Positions 1 to 12,929 of a DNA stretch of 64,000 nt are shown here, piece after piece; the first letter of the stretch is position 1, and each line of letters opens with the position of its first letter. A model generated the notes under the pieces. It was given only the letters and a program-made list of their open reading frames with translations, did not search any database and was not told where the DNA came from. Origin of the DNA: Octopus sinensis. Its lineage: Eukaryota. A program made the translations under genes and the position numbers. The DNA lies in the NCBI RefSeq assembly GCF_006345805.1, contig NC_042997.1:180172001-180236000 (forward strand), read 5' to 3'.

Positions 1-106
1 CCTTTGTACTGTTGTATCTCAATGATATTTATTTTGCAGTTTTGTGAAAGCAAAGATTTCGTATTATTTTCCAATTTAAAAAAAAATGCCTGAACACGAC
101 AAAATA

Positions 107-1270
107 AAGGGTGCAGACGGTATTAGAGAACAGATATATTGTTAAAAAAAACACTTATATAATAACAGAAAAAGACTGTACTTTGAAAAAATAACAATCA
201 TAAAGCTAAATTATCACTTTAAAAATTTCATTCAATAAAACCAACGTTAGCATCAATAACTGCCTCTACGCGGGGCCGTAATCGTGTACAAGCTCGGATT
301 AAGTGGTCCTTCTTCATGTTGGACATGACTCGAACTATGGGGGATTTCAAAGAATCGTTGGTGCTATGGGGGTGTTCATTGACATTTTTGTGAACCGTGC
401 TCTATACATAGTTGTCCGGGTGACTGAAATTTAGAGATCCATTCCTATATCATTTGAGCATTGTGCGATATTGCAGAATTTTGTTGACAAACATAAGGAC
501 ATCCATTGCATACACTGTGGATCTAAGGCTTAACAAATTTATCCAGAACCTCAATATACGCTGCAGCATTCACTCTAAGGCCATGTGGAAAAAAGTGAGG
601 AGGCATCACATGTCCTTCATTACTAACAACACCGAAAATCATGACAACTGCAGAAAATTTTGTGTGCATTACTTTTGGAACCTCAGAAGGGTCTGCACAT
701 AGCCATCTGTCTTTTCTTCTGTTAATTTTCCGGTTCTGGTCAAAGTTCTTTTCTCATCTCAGAAAAACAGTATAATACCATCTTCTGAGGGATTTTTAAA
801 GTTTGTTCAAAAGTCTTTTGGATATGATTAAACTGTTTTGACCTCTCGTATTCACATAAGATTTGTATCTGATGTCTTCATGCACAACATTTCTGATTGT
901 TTTTTCTAACACACGAAATATTTTTGCAATTGGCTTCATTGAATTCCTTGGTTTGTCTTCAACGTTTTGCTTAACATCCTGAATAAATTCGGGTATCCTG
1001 ATAGAATCAGAGCGCTTGAAATATCTTTTACGTTTTGATTCAGGTAATATGCTTCCATCGTCTTTCTCGAATTCACGCCGAATGTTGCGGACTAAACATT
1101 TTGTAACTTTCACCATGCTTAGCCTCCAAAGCCACAATCACAGCATACCTTTTCCGTTCACTAGGAAGCATAAGGCCTGTCGTTATTTTCTGAAATAGAA
1201 GTTCAATAAAAATTAGTCAAATAGAATAATAACTAAAACGCTTGTGTTCTCAAATACAGTCCGCACCATG
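107..1270 (-). mobile_element. Full-length degenerate maT-like (IS630-Tc1-mariner) DNA transposon
   Basis: 26-bp TIRs: 107-132 AAGGGTGCAGACGGTATTAGAGAACA versus reverse complement of 1245-1270 CATGGTGCGGACTGTATTTGAGAACA (21/26). TA on both flanks (105-106, 1271-1272). Encloses a transposase pseudogene. Confidence 0.92.
228..1171 (-). pseudogene. maT-like transposase pseudogene (stops, frameshifts, internal deletion)
   Basis: Manual translation gives HTH region SDSIRIPEFIQDVK..VHEDIRYKSY, a DEK-F motif, HTKFSAVVMIFGVVSNEGHVMPPHFFPHGLRVN, QQNSA, and C-terminus RACTRLRPRVEAVIDANVGFIE-stop. The SPDxNPLDY segment is deleted. Confidence 0.9.
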
Positions 1271-1547
1271 TAGTAATACTTGAATGGGAAAAGCGTTCTC
1301 TCGAGCTGGTTTTGACTCGTAATGTAACCATGACCACGTAACATTATGTGAAAGGCGAAGGAGTTGCTAAAATAAATGTGTCGAAATCAAAGTAACAGAA
1401 TTTCATCTCGTAGCTATGGCGACAGCAGCACTTGCAAAAATACGAGCAGCAGCAATGGCAGTGACAAAAATGTAATGACAATGTCTACAGTAGCAACAGA
1501 AACAGCAATGACAACCAGAGCATCAGCAATACAACAGCAACTACGGC

Positions 1548-1732
1548 GGAGGAGCAATGGCACAGTGGTTAAGGCAGCGGACTCACGGTCGTAGGAACAC
1601 GGTTTCGATTCTCAGACCGGGCGTTGTGAGCGTTTGTTGAGCATAAACACCTAAGCTCCACGAGGCTCCGGTGTGGAGGGGGTGAACCCCGCCGTACTCT
1701 TTCACCACAACTTTCTCTCACTCTTTCTTCCT
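1548..1732 (+). mobile_element. tRNA-headed SINE, type A head and body
   Basis: A-box TGGCACAGTGG and B-box GGTTTCGATTC. Body matches copies at 14222, 52002, 26164(-) and 35670(-). Confidence 0.85.
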
Positions 1733-1739
1733 ACTTCAA

Positions 1740-2097
1740 ACACAAAGCAGTGGAACCATGGTGTAACTCACTATGGTGTGGTAAACTTTCAGACCCTGGT
1801 CTGGATTGCGAATCCTCTGAAGCCCAGGATGGTTCAGCTCTCCACCCGTTAAAAGCCTCCGTTTACGGAATGAGGATAACAACGTAGCTTTCGCGCTCGT
1901 GCAACCGCCAGTCTATCGCGTGTGGTGAGAGGATCTTCAGTTTGCCACACGCATTCTTAGTAGCTTAGGGTAGGCTCGAATTAGAGATTATTCTTTGTGG
2001 CTAATGGTGTGAGCCCTGATTGGAAGAAGAAGAAGAAGAAGAAGAAGAAGAAGAAGAAGAAGAAGAAGAAGAAGAAGAAGAAGAAGAAGAAGAAGAA
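1740..2097 (+). mobile_element. GC-richer retroposon-like 3' module ending in (GAA)n, family unassigned
   Basis: Non-repetitive 280-bp segment directly after the SINE A body and ending in a pure (GAA) tail. LINE-type 3' end is inferred. Confidence 0.45.
2023..2097. repeat. (GAA)25 microsatellite
   Basis: Perfect trinucleotide run; source of the poly-E and poly-F ORFs. Confidence 0.97.
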
Positions 2098-2693
2098 GAC
2101 AGCAACTACGTGAACAACACCAACGATAACACCAGCGGCAGTAACATAAAGAGTCTCAACAGCAACTATAACAACATAATAAATCACAAAGCGGTCTTTT
2201 TTTATGGCAGTTAGCTAGTGGACCGTGCATTCGGTGCAAGATCTGAAAGGTCGAAAGAGTACCAAACAGATATTGCAAGACCAGGTTTTATATGTCTTGG
2301 TGAGGTGGAAAAAAATTAACTCTGAAAAAATGCAGCCTAATTGTGTGTGTCTCAGTGCTATAGATAATATAAAGGAAAACAATACAGGATGATAGGTGTT
2401 ATATGCGTCAGCGAGCAAGAAGCCAAAAGAATAGCAACAATTACGCGTGCGTCCCAGATCTTCATATGATACACATTTGACTTAAATTTGAGAGTGTAAC
2501 TGCCGTTCCATTAGGATCCTGCAAGGGTCTTAGTCATTCTGGAGGAGCATAGGGAGATTGTGGAAGTGAAGTGCACCTCACAACTCACTAGGAATGGAAT
2601 TCTTATAAAATTTCAGATACTAGTTTCTGGAAGAAATCAATCACATCCGCGATCTTTTTCTGTTTCGTGTAATGAGAGCAGATATGTGTATTT

Positions 2694-2822
2694 ATGTATG
2701 TATGTATGTATGTATGTATGTATGTATGTATGTATGTATGTATGTATGTATGTATGTATGTATGTATGTATGTATGTATGTATGTATGTATGTATGTATG
2801 TATGTGTGTGTATGTATGTATT
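2694..2822. repeat. (ATGT)n microsatellite
   Basis: Direct reading. Confidence 0.97.
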
Positions 2823-2857
2823 TGCAATTTAATCTATACATATATATATATATATAA

Positions 2858-3058
2858 GGCAAGCTGGCAGAATCCTTAACACAACGGAGGAAATACTCAG
2901 CATTTCGTCCGTCTTTATATTCTGCGGTCAAATTCCCTGGTGTTGACTTTACCTTTCATCCTTTCGGGGTTGATAAATTAAGTAGTAGCTGCGTGCTGGT
3001 GTCGATTAAATCGAATTAGCCAATCCCCCCAACTTCCAGACAGCTTTGTAACAAAATT
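2858..3058 (+). mobile_element. SINE type C (GGCGAGCTGGCAGAA head)
   Basis: Aligns with copies at 15955-16190(-), 21893-22122(+) and 63883-64000(+). Confidence 0.8.
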
Positions 3059-3148
3059 GATATATATAATGAAAATTTGTGACCGCGTGTGTATTGGTGA
3101 CGATTTTTTTTCTCCGTCTTCCCTTCCTTGGACCTTTCCTTTTTCTAT

Positions 3149-3183
3149 ATTTCTGACGAAGAGCTCCGCTCGAAACGTTAGAT
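3149..3183 (+). ncRNA. Minimal type I hammerhead ribozyme
   Basis: ATTT-CTGACGA-A-GAGC(TCC)GCTC-GAAA-CGTT-AGAT: intact core, 4-bp helix II, palindromic ACGT helix III, 4-bp helix I with one GU pair. Confidence 0.7.
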
Positions 3184-3280
3184 CCTCCTTCTTTCTTTCC
3201 TTTCCTGAGCGTCCAATAACACTATACTTGTTCCACGTCCTCACGTTGATGTGTTTTCTCTTTGTTCATGTTTGGATTAA

Positions 3281-3331
<51 letters not shown>

Positions 3332-4804
3332 GTGAGAAAGTGATAGACTACACCCGTTTCCATGGAGCAGAATACAGTAATAGAATATATACGAATTGAA
3401 CATAGTTACAATGACATAGCGGCTTATTTGACTCCGGAACCATTCTAATAAGGAGAATACCAAGCGAGAAATGAGTATTACATCATATTTGGTCAGGTAC
3501 TGTAAAAATGTCTTTCATTTCGCGCCTTAAAGAAGAAAGGCATAATCCTCATAAGTGAACCAAAAATGAATCAGTTACCATTCGGTAATCGTATCGCAAA
3601 TGCAGATTACTGAAGAGATTATACATGTCATGCTTTGCAGTATTAATATGATGTAACGTAGGATTGTTTTTAAAGCTAATCTGTTTCACAGTAATGTCAT
3701 GTTCAACACTTAAGCGATGACGTTATGCCCGTTTCATGAATAGTAAATACATGCAATCTAATATGGGAACGTGATTCAATCATATCGCTGTTCGAAAGCG
3801 TAAGTTTCCCTTCAAAATTATCAGGATGATAGTTTTTAATAAAGAATAAGAAATTGATAGTATTCTAAAATTGTCAGTACTAATAAAGCCAGTTACATTT
3901 ACTTTGCTTTTATTGACGAGTCGGGCTGAGGCTAATTCATTTTATTACATGTATCGGTTAACTCTATAATAGGTTCAAGTGAGATGACTGATAAAAATCT
4001 AATATATGTAACTTTATATAACGTGCATAGTGATATTTCCATGCTGCTCGAACATGCATAAATGTAAAAGAGGTGGGGGGGCAGAGACAAAGAGAGAGAA
4101 ATGTATGCGTGTCATTATGACAACCATAAAACTAACTACACCACGCAAGCACGTGTAAATACGCACATGCACGCACCGCAATGCATGTTAAGCACATAAG
4201 AAAGCACACTGGTACATTTACAGGCATACACTACCATACATGTAAGCAGTTAAGCGAATATACACATATACATAGCACTTACATACTCTTCCTTTAGTCT
4301 CTCCCTTCACTACGCATACGCATCTCTCCATTCTTACATGTAAATAGACATAAGACTAATTCTTGGACAGACTCAGAAGAAACCTGGGGAGAGAGGATTT
4401 GTTTTGATGCGGTCACGAATAGCGATGAAAGGACTTCCACATACCAATAATTTGTAAAATGCACAAGTACACATAATTACTTTTCATCCGCAGGTAACCA
4501 AACTGTCTGGGAAAACTGGTACTCTTTCACGTGACATGGTCATCATCCCAATCGACTCTCTTTCTACTAGGAAATGTTTATGTCTATAGAGTACCACTGA
4601 GACATCACTAGGGAAAATATGTCCCTTATTGTGATATTACTAATGTTTGAAATTAAAGGAACGATTAATTAGCCGCTGAGACTAACAATGGATGTTTGGG
4701 CTAAATTTGACAGTTTGTATTAAAGAAAAACTACAATATGCCATCAACTATAACTGTATTTTCAAAAATTCAAGGAATATCAACCAGATTATGTCTGGAA
4801 GGTA

Positions 4805-5185
4805 ACGCTTGACTCAAAGTACCCGCCCTCACGTTCCACTAGAGTAACAAGGCTGCGCCATAACCTGGCGCATGTGTTCCTCACTTTGTCCTTGGGGAGA
4901 TCGCTAACTCCTCTTTGATCTTGAACATCAACTCAGCCTTGGTGTTCCAGTCAGTTAGATGGGTGTCTTTCTCAACCCGGCCCACACAATGATCCATAGG
5001 ATTACAAACAAGGGAATTAGCAGGCCACAAAGTGATGCTGGTGAAGACGTAGAAGTTCTCTAACAGCCACTTCTGCCACTTTCCAGAGGTATGGCAAGGA
5101 GCAGAATCCTGGTTTCATACATATATCCTTTCCACCGGAACCCTCTCCAGCCAATAGTCTACCACAGTCCACAGCAGTTCCGCTT
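4805..5185 (-). pseudogene. maT-like transposase C-terminal fragment
   Basis: Translation: QDSAPCHTSGKWQKWLLENFY..LWPANSLVCNPMD..NTKAELMFKIKEELA..KVRNTCARLWRSLVTLVEREGGYFE. Confidence 0.85.
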
Positions 5186-6220
5186 CTCCCCAAACTATTG
5201 TAATAGACATGTATAGATAGAAGAGTGCTTGTTTCTCTGACTGAGGTAAAATATCCTTTCTAAACACAACACAACCAGCCATTACGATAGCGTATTCAAT
5301 GCAAACATTTTCCCATGAAGGTACCCAATAGTTCATATATAAATGGTAGCTAAAATTTACCACTAAGTTCTAAAATACACAATTACACACAATTACTCTT
5401 CACCCGCTGTTGCCCACACATACCTGGCAAACATACACTCTTTCACGTGACATAGTCTTCATCCCAATCGACTCTCTTTTCTTTGGAAGTTCCCATGTCT
5501 ATAGACTCCACCTGAGACATCACTGTGATATTACGAATGTTTTTGCTTGGTAAATTGTTTTGCTAGTATATAAAAGGAAATATATCAGCTCTTTTCATGT
5601 AGCTTCTACTAATATTATTGCCCACATTTTCTGTGTCAGTGTTAATAATAATAAAGTCCATAGAAGAAATGTGTTTATTTCGTCTGGTGAATTATGTGAG
5701 TATGTTTTATACTGTTCCTTTACATTTTATGTTTTTATTTCATCTTTTGCAAAGCGTGTTTGCTTCAATACCTCCTTGGGAGGGCGTTCCTGCTTGTAGT
5801 TGTTCTTGACGCCATTGTTTAAGTTCTTCGAACAGAAATCCCAAAATGTCAAACTAATAAAAAAATATGTTTCTCTTTCATACTAAAATAATCTTTACTT
5901 GTGTGAAATCCTTTCCATAGTATTTCAACGAAGCTGGGAATAATTCTCTTTGAACTTGCAAAATATCCGAATATTTGAAACTATCAGAAGCTACTGAATT
6001 CGCCACTCGACATCAGCCACAACAACAACAATAACAATAACAATAATTATTTGGTAAGGATGAAGAACTAAGGATTTCTTTGATTTGCAACGGTGATGTT
6101 GAATAAATGACACTGTACAAAGAACGGTTATAATGTGTTCGTGTCTACCTTATATATATATATATATGTATGTATGTGTGTGTGTATGTGTATGTGTGTG
6201 TGTTTATGTATGTATATATG

Positions 6221-6251
<31 letters not shown>

Positions 6252-8269
6252 TACATATATATATGTGTGTGTGTGTATGTATGTCTGACTGACAGTGTGA
6301 AGCGGCTGACCTCCCTTGTTCGAAGGTTATAATGGACACAGTTTGTGTGTCAAATAGCTATCTTAAGGCGATGGCCTCATGGAGCTAATCAGCGACAGCT
6401 TTAGTCTCATATCTATAAGATTGCCATATTAATATGGCGATAACAATTAATTTCCAGTAACGCTGCCGTAATCTCTTTTAGAGAGACTTAGTAATTTTAA
6501 TATTTCTATTATATATATATATAGGATAAATAAATCAAGTGCGATACAACAAAAATATATAGTGTATGCAAAAATTATGATATAGTACTCCTGATACAGT
6601 AAGCTCTCTAACAAGGTACAATCAAGGAAAATCACATTTCTATTTTATAACGAGGAGAGATTGGTCTCTCTTGATTGTTGCAGAACTACATTCACTTTTA
6701 ACACACATCTTTCAACTATTTTGTGAAGTATCTGTCATTAATCCATCCAGTGATACTCGCTACACAAACTCTCCCTCTATGTCCATGGATGGCAAAATAT
6801 TACCTTTTTTTCCAGGTTAGTAGGTGGGGATGGATGCAAACACAAGATTTGGTTGATAGCCAAGTCCATGTGACAATTGAAAACAGTTATTCAAGCTACC
6901 GTTAATCACAACTCATTTCTGACACAGACAAATGTCGTGTTGTGTGGATAAACCACCTGATCATCCTTTATAAATAACCTGTGATTTGTCGAGAAAATTT
7001 TTGCTGATTGTTCATGTACTCCTACTGACTTCATTACATGAATACTAGAGGGTAGCGAGTTTTTGAGAACTTTCTTGGCGTCAGGGTCTCAGGTTTTGAA
7101 TTTGCTTGTCATACATAGGACTATATACTGTCAAAGTGCTGAGCTTCGGAAAGAATTGTTTTAAAAGCAATAATCACATATGTTCATCTTCCTAGCAATA
7201 ACGTTGACACCACAGGCACATAACGTGGTTGTGAATCAAAATCCACGACATACCGAGCAGGAGATATAGATCTTCACTATTGGAAGTGTGTTTTGGCCTT
7301 TTCGTATCAAGGAGTAGCGGAGATCAGGTCACAAAGCACGGTGGAGATGAAATACGATATATATCATATAGTCACTCGCTACCTCCGTTGTATGTCAGGA
7401 ATAGGTTTCCCTTTAGTTGAGAGACAAGGGATGTAGACTGAGGTAAATTTAACAGATGGAGAGCACAATTCAAAACGATTAGCACATGTAGCTCTCAGAT
7501 CACCGAGTTACTGGCTGACATCTAGCAACAGAAGACAAGATAGAAACCGACTGCTTGGAAAGAAGTTGCACAGTAACAATTGTCGACACTTTTACTTGGC
7601 ACACGTTTAACTGAACACGGGAGAAGCCATTTTTCTATCCCCTCACACACCGGTCTATGGAGTAACACAGGATATGAATGATGTGGTTAATTCTCCTCGG
7701 AATTGCGCTTACTTGACCAAAACCTAATGAACACGTTCGAATGTCAAACAGTACTTCTCTGACACTTCGTCAATACCTTGGACATACTTATAAACTTATG
7801 GTTTAGAAGATTATACGCTAGAATTTTTAATTATATTCTCTGTAGTTTTCTCCAGAGTAGAGCTGCCATATTCCGCTCTCAGAACTTGTAATACTCGGAT
7901 TTTCCTGCCACTTGCACCAGACATTTCATAAAAGGTCACCGTAATAGGTTCTATTCGTGTAAATGTTCAGCATCTGCTGTACTTCAGTTGTTGCCATTGG
8001 CTTTTTACTGCACCTCATGTACTCTGCCAAATTTCAAGGCAACCCTTCGAGCTAAGCACTAAAAATCTGTTTCCCTACATATTTGCCTTGCAAACACTCG
8101 AGGCATGAACTCCAGAAAAATAACATACGAACAGCATACATCTGCTATTCGGTACCAAAAGCAGAACTGCACCTTTCTCCCAGTTCTATATTTAAGAGAT
8201 GAGGAATTATGTACATTATTTACATTATTTATATTCCACGGATATTTGTCCTCATCTTGTTTGTTGTTC

Positions 8270-8314
8270 ACACAACGTTTCGGCTGATATACCCCGCCAG
8301 CCTTCTTCAGGTGT
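8270..8314 (-). ncRNA. Minimal type I hammerhead ribozyme, intact
   Basis: Minus strand ACAC-CTGAAGA-A-GGCTGG..TCAGCC-GAAA-CGTT-GTGT. Confidence 0.75.
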
Positions 8315-8339
8315 CTTGTGAAAATTTTAAACTGCCCAC

Positions 8340-8411
8340 GGGCATATGGCGTAGTGGTTAAGAGCGCGGGCTACTAACCTCAAGATTCGAGTTCGATTCC
8401 AAGCAGTGACC
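8340..8411 (+). promoter_or_regulatory. tRNA-derived Pol III internal promoter (A and B boxes)
   Basis: TGGCGTAGTGG and GAGTTCGATTCC with tRNA-like spacing; second copy at 18813-18887. Acceptor and T stems do not pair, so not a tRNA gene. Confidence 0.75.
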
Positions 8412-8517
8412 TGAACAATAACAACAACAACAACAACAACAACAACAATAATAATAATAATGATAATAACATCAAAACATACTTTAAGAATGAGAACCCA
8501 GGTACGAAATTTTCCCA

Positions 8518-8563
8518 AGACATCTGAAGAAGGCTGGAGTGTATATCAGCCGAAATATTGTGC
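8518..8563 (+). ncRNA. Degenerate hammerhead ribozyme
   Basis: CTGAAGA-A-GGCTGG..TCAGCC-GAAA intact. Helix III CGTT has become TATT, consistent with CpG decay. Confidence 0.55.
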
Positions 8564-10956
8564 TAAAAACAAAAAAGATGAGGACAAATATCCGTCAAAT
8601 GTAAATAATGTAAATAATGTACACCTTTCTTATCGCGATGTGCACGCATCAAACATCGTTCTTCAGTTCGACTGTGCAATAGATGAGATTGATTTGGAAT
8701 GCGTAATTGATAGCCTTGTTAGCTCTGAGAGTACAAACATTGTTTTACATCACTCGTTTGTGATCATCGATACTCAAGATTATCTGCAGATGTGACAACT
8801 TCAGCGCTTACCTATATATCATCAACCTGGGCAAACTAGACGTATATGGAGTGGAAATTGACAGCAGTAAGATCTCCTGACTAAAGAAACTTATTTTATT
8901 TCACATGATGCAATAAAAAAGAATTCGCATAATTTCGGTGAGATGTTGCCTGAAAGAAGAAGAATTGGACACCGCAATAATATAAATGCTAGTGAGTTCC
9001 ACATAAATTTTCAGAAATACGTTTTTCTCAACCCTGTTTTGTGCAGTAATGCCAATTCCGCAGACATAGATTTTCTGCAACTCAGCACCAGTTGGATAAA
9101 AAGCGATAAAGAGGTTGTGAGCAGAATTGCCATTATCACTTAGAACTGTGTTGAGAGAATTCTGTCTCTGAAAAGTCGTGTGTATGTGATAATGTTTACA
9201 TCATTGCAGTGGCGTATTACTTCATAACCATATTTCTACCAAGAAACAGCTGACCAAATTCTTGTGCATTGTTCAAAGGAGGATCGAACGCATATTGACA
9301 AATCCATACCAGAAAAAAGGCATTGATTTTATTATATTTGCATTTCATTATTAATAAAGCCCACCTGCCTAATATTCTCTGTTACTTATATAATATTCTC
9401 CAGTGAACGCTAAGGGATTAGCAAGATTTGACAGGAAAAGAAGACAAAAGGGGATGACATTTGAAATAAGAAATCCATTATGAAAAATCTGTTGTCGGAA
9501 AAGAGTTTCTGGTAAAGAATAATGGAACGTTAATACAAATTACTATACAATACGAATAAAACAAACAACAACTATTATTTTTCCTTAAGGAAGCTTGTAA
9601 ATATGTAGTAGAGCTTGATTTAAAAGTTATTTGCAAGGAAAAGGAGTAAAATTTATTTAAAATCAATAAGCACCAAATGAAATTGTAACAAGAGAATTTT
9701 ATGCTAAAATAATGGCATTAATCATCAGTATTGCAAATAACTGATTAGAATGGACAAAAGAGAGTCATAGAGTCCATAATCACTGCAATAATAGATAGAG
9801 TGCAGACCTTAAACCTGAAAATGAAGTATTGAGGCATATAAAATGCCTGCAGTTTATAATGAAGCAGAATAAAAAATCGTACGAAAACAAAATGCCAATT
9901 GAATGTGGAATTTAGGAAGAAAGATATCAACTGTGCTTTTAGAGATACTCAGTTTGAACCAAAACAAATGATATTGTAGAAGCACAAATGAAAAAAAAAG
10001 TTTCAGAAAATTAGTTGCGGGTTATAATATGGCATATGTCCAACCATACAAACAGAAATCACTGGGCATTGTTTTGAACGACGACGAGAAAAGGATCGCT
10101 GGTAGAAAAGCCAGTACATTCAGACGGCGATTAGGAAGGAAAGGGGTTATTGATAGTGGTGCCAGTGCATTGAAACAGCAGTATACCAGTAAAAGAATTT
10201 GGTCGATTATGCATATATTAAGATCTACAAATGGAGATAACCCAAACGTCAGGAATGAAAGCAAATACAATCTCCATAACAATATTTGCCTCGGGAACGG
10301 TAGTAAAAGATACCAACAAATACATAAGTGAACGGTTCATGGCATCCTAAAATAACATTTCGTGATATTGTACACATAGTACACAATGCACAGTTAATGA
10401 AATAGAAAGCAAAAATGCTCCAAATGCAGTCACGGATCATATTACCATACGTCTTAGTGCGATAAAATAACACAATAAACACAAACTATTGAATTGAACT
10501 AATTATAATAATCTAAATCAGAATATCCCAGGAACTATTTTGACCCTAGAGAAGGCAGTGTCTAAAATGAAATTCAATGATAAGGAAATTTCTAAATTGT
10601 ATTCCATTTGAAAAAAATATTGGAAGACAACCTTCTGTATTACTACGACGGTCTATCGCAATTAGTTCCGTATGAGGACTGTGATGAGAGGTTATGCGGA
10701 GTTAATAAATATGTCCACAAATATTCACACACAGCATCACATTACATCGTGTGCTAAACACACCATGCGAAAATATTTTTCAATGACTTTCCTTTCGCAC
10801 TTTCATCATTTCATTTTGAGATGTCTTTCCCTGGAATGGATTAACTGATTAGATACCTGTTTTATTGATAGACTTTGGCAATTAGTATCCACTACTTTTT
10901 CTTTTATCTCTCCGTAGAAGTGAAATGAAATCTCAAGAATATTATCAAATTTCATT

Positions 10957-11373
10957 GCTCTTTGCTCTTTGCTCTTTTACTTGTTTCAGTCATTTGACTG
11001 CGGCCATGCTGGAGCACCGCCTTTAGTCGAGCAAATCGACTCCGGGACTTATTCTTTGTAAGCCCTGTACTTATTCTATCGGTCTCTTTTGCCAAACCGC
11101 TAAGTGGCGGGGACGTAAACACACCAGCATCGGTTGTCAAGCGATGTTGAGGGGACAAACACAGACACACAAACACACACACATATATACATATATATAT
11201 ACATATATACGACAGGCTTCTTTCAGTTTCCGTCTACCAAATCCACTCACAAGGCATTGGTCGGCCCGGGCCTATAGCAGAAGACACTTGCCCAAGATGC
11301 CACGCAGTGGGACTGAACCCGGAACCATGTGGTTGGTTAGCAAGCTACTTACCACACAGCCACTCCTGCGCCT
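10957..11373 (-). mobile_element. SINE type B with internal (CA/TA)n
   Basis: Head AGGCGCAGGAGTGGCTGTGTGG..GGTTCAGTCCC and tail CCAGCATGGCCGCAGTC..(AAAGAG)n. Several copies in the window. Confidence 0.9.
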
Positions 11374-12929
11374 CATTGTTTTTTTAAAATATTTTGGTCA
11401 CGAGCTTATCATAAGATAACACATATCTACCTAAGTACGAAATGTACCTAACGCACGGCTGCCAGAGACAAGGTAGTTTTTCCTTCAGAGAATCAACATA
11501 TATTTCAAATTGCATTTTGTACCCTTCTTTATTACAGTTTTGATAAATTCTGGTGCGATCATCTGTCAGGAAAATGTTCATTCAAATATAAGTGTTTTAT
11601 CCATTGACGTTGAATAGTTTCTCCGAGCGTCATCACCCAATAACAATGTATAATCTTATTTTCAACTGAATATTTTGTTTTATTATGTTGTCCTAGATTC
11701 ACACTCATTGTAAGAGTAGGTTTTTTCTGCGTGTTTGTATTTACTTGATTCCGCCAAGAAAGAAAGGATTTTCGTTTCTTTTCTATCTGTCTTGTAGATA
11801 TTTATATCAGCTTTTATATATTTATAACTAGATAATATTATCGACAACCAGCAAAAGATATAGTATACTCATATTTTTGAAAACTTCCACTTCTTTCTGT
11901 TCAGGCTACAAATATTATATCTGAATCGGTGTTAGCGATGTATATACTTATTTTCATTGTATTTTGTCCTTTGTCACTCAAATTTACAGTTGCGAATATT
12001 AGCAATATAGCATATTACTAGACCTCCTAGAACACTGAAATTCCTTAGATAATTTTCTAATTTAGCTTTCCATCAACACACACACGCACGCACATGCACA
12101 CACATATACACTAACAGTTTCCAAACTATTATTTCATACATGTCATTCAACTAGTAATCACGTCTCATTGTCGAATATATTTTTTCCTCTCTTCAATATT
12201 ACATAGGAAATTTTAGAACTAATACTCAAACAAAATTTATACAGAGCATGAGACAAAATCTCCTTTTTTTTCTTATATGAACTATCCAAATTAGACAGTT
12301 TGAGGTCATTCATGTAAAATATATCGTTGCTTTACTTGATATCTTGACATACCATTTTTTTCTTTTATTTCACATTCACTCTGTATATATAATTTGATGC
12401 TTATTTTCTACGACTATTGCACTGGTAATATTCTTCGTGTCACTCGTCAATTTTATAGCTCTGATATATGTCATTTCCGCTCTACCGAACATTCTTTAAA
12501 ATACCTTTTCTGCGTATGGATTGTCCTGGCAAAAGGTCCATCCGAACTCCCGACTTCGTCGTGAACAGAGATTAATCTTCTCTTTTCGCTCCTTTTCGCC
12601 ACATGGACTCAAATCCCCTCCCCTTTTCATCTAACTATCCTCCTCTCTCCTCTCTTCCTCTCACACCTACTTTCTCCCACCTACCTCTCCTCTCTTTCTC
12701 TCATACCTACATCCTCCCACCTACCTCTTCTCTCTTGCTCTGAGCCTACTTCCCCTCTTCAATCCTACCCACCTTCTCACTTCCACCCTCTCCCGTCATC
12801 GTCACCCCTCCCTCGTTACCCTATACCTACATATTTCAACCCCACCATCCCTATATATCCCATTCCACTCCAACCCTTACACACTACCCTTGCTTTCCCC
12901 AATCTCGCCTTCCCCAGACCCCAACAGCA

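Larger units (their letters stand above)
8186..8622. mobile_element. PLE terminal-repeat (pLTR) derivative: inverted HHR tail, tRNA-like head, then forward HHR tail
   Basis: 8186-8328 is the reverse complement of the tail seen at 8505-8622 and 18962-19102. 8336-8622 matches 18809-19080, which follows a GIY-YIG ORF. Confidence 0.8.

Noticed and set aside
1880-1945. Minus-strand CTGAAGA...GAAAGCTA resembling a hammerhead
   Set aside because: Helix II does not close next to the core and helix I does not pair.
2020-2214. Poly-Glu and poly-Lys/Glu ORFs (also 45521-45799)
   Set aside because: Translations of (GAA)n tracts.
8340-8411. Possible genuine tRNA genes (also the SINE heads at 1548, 14222, 26527 and 52002)
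   Set aside because: A and B boxes are present but acceptor and T stems do not pair, and each continues into a repeat body.
10029-10450. 100-aa non-repetitive ORF, possibly a decayed DDE transposase
   Set aside because: No motif could be matched with confidence; needs a profile search.
11600-12050. Possible decayed endonuclease downstream of the PLE RT fragment
   Set aside because: AT-rich with many stops; no GIY-YIG motif recoverable.
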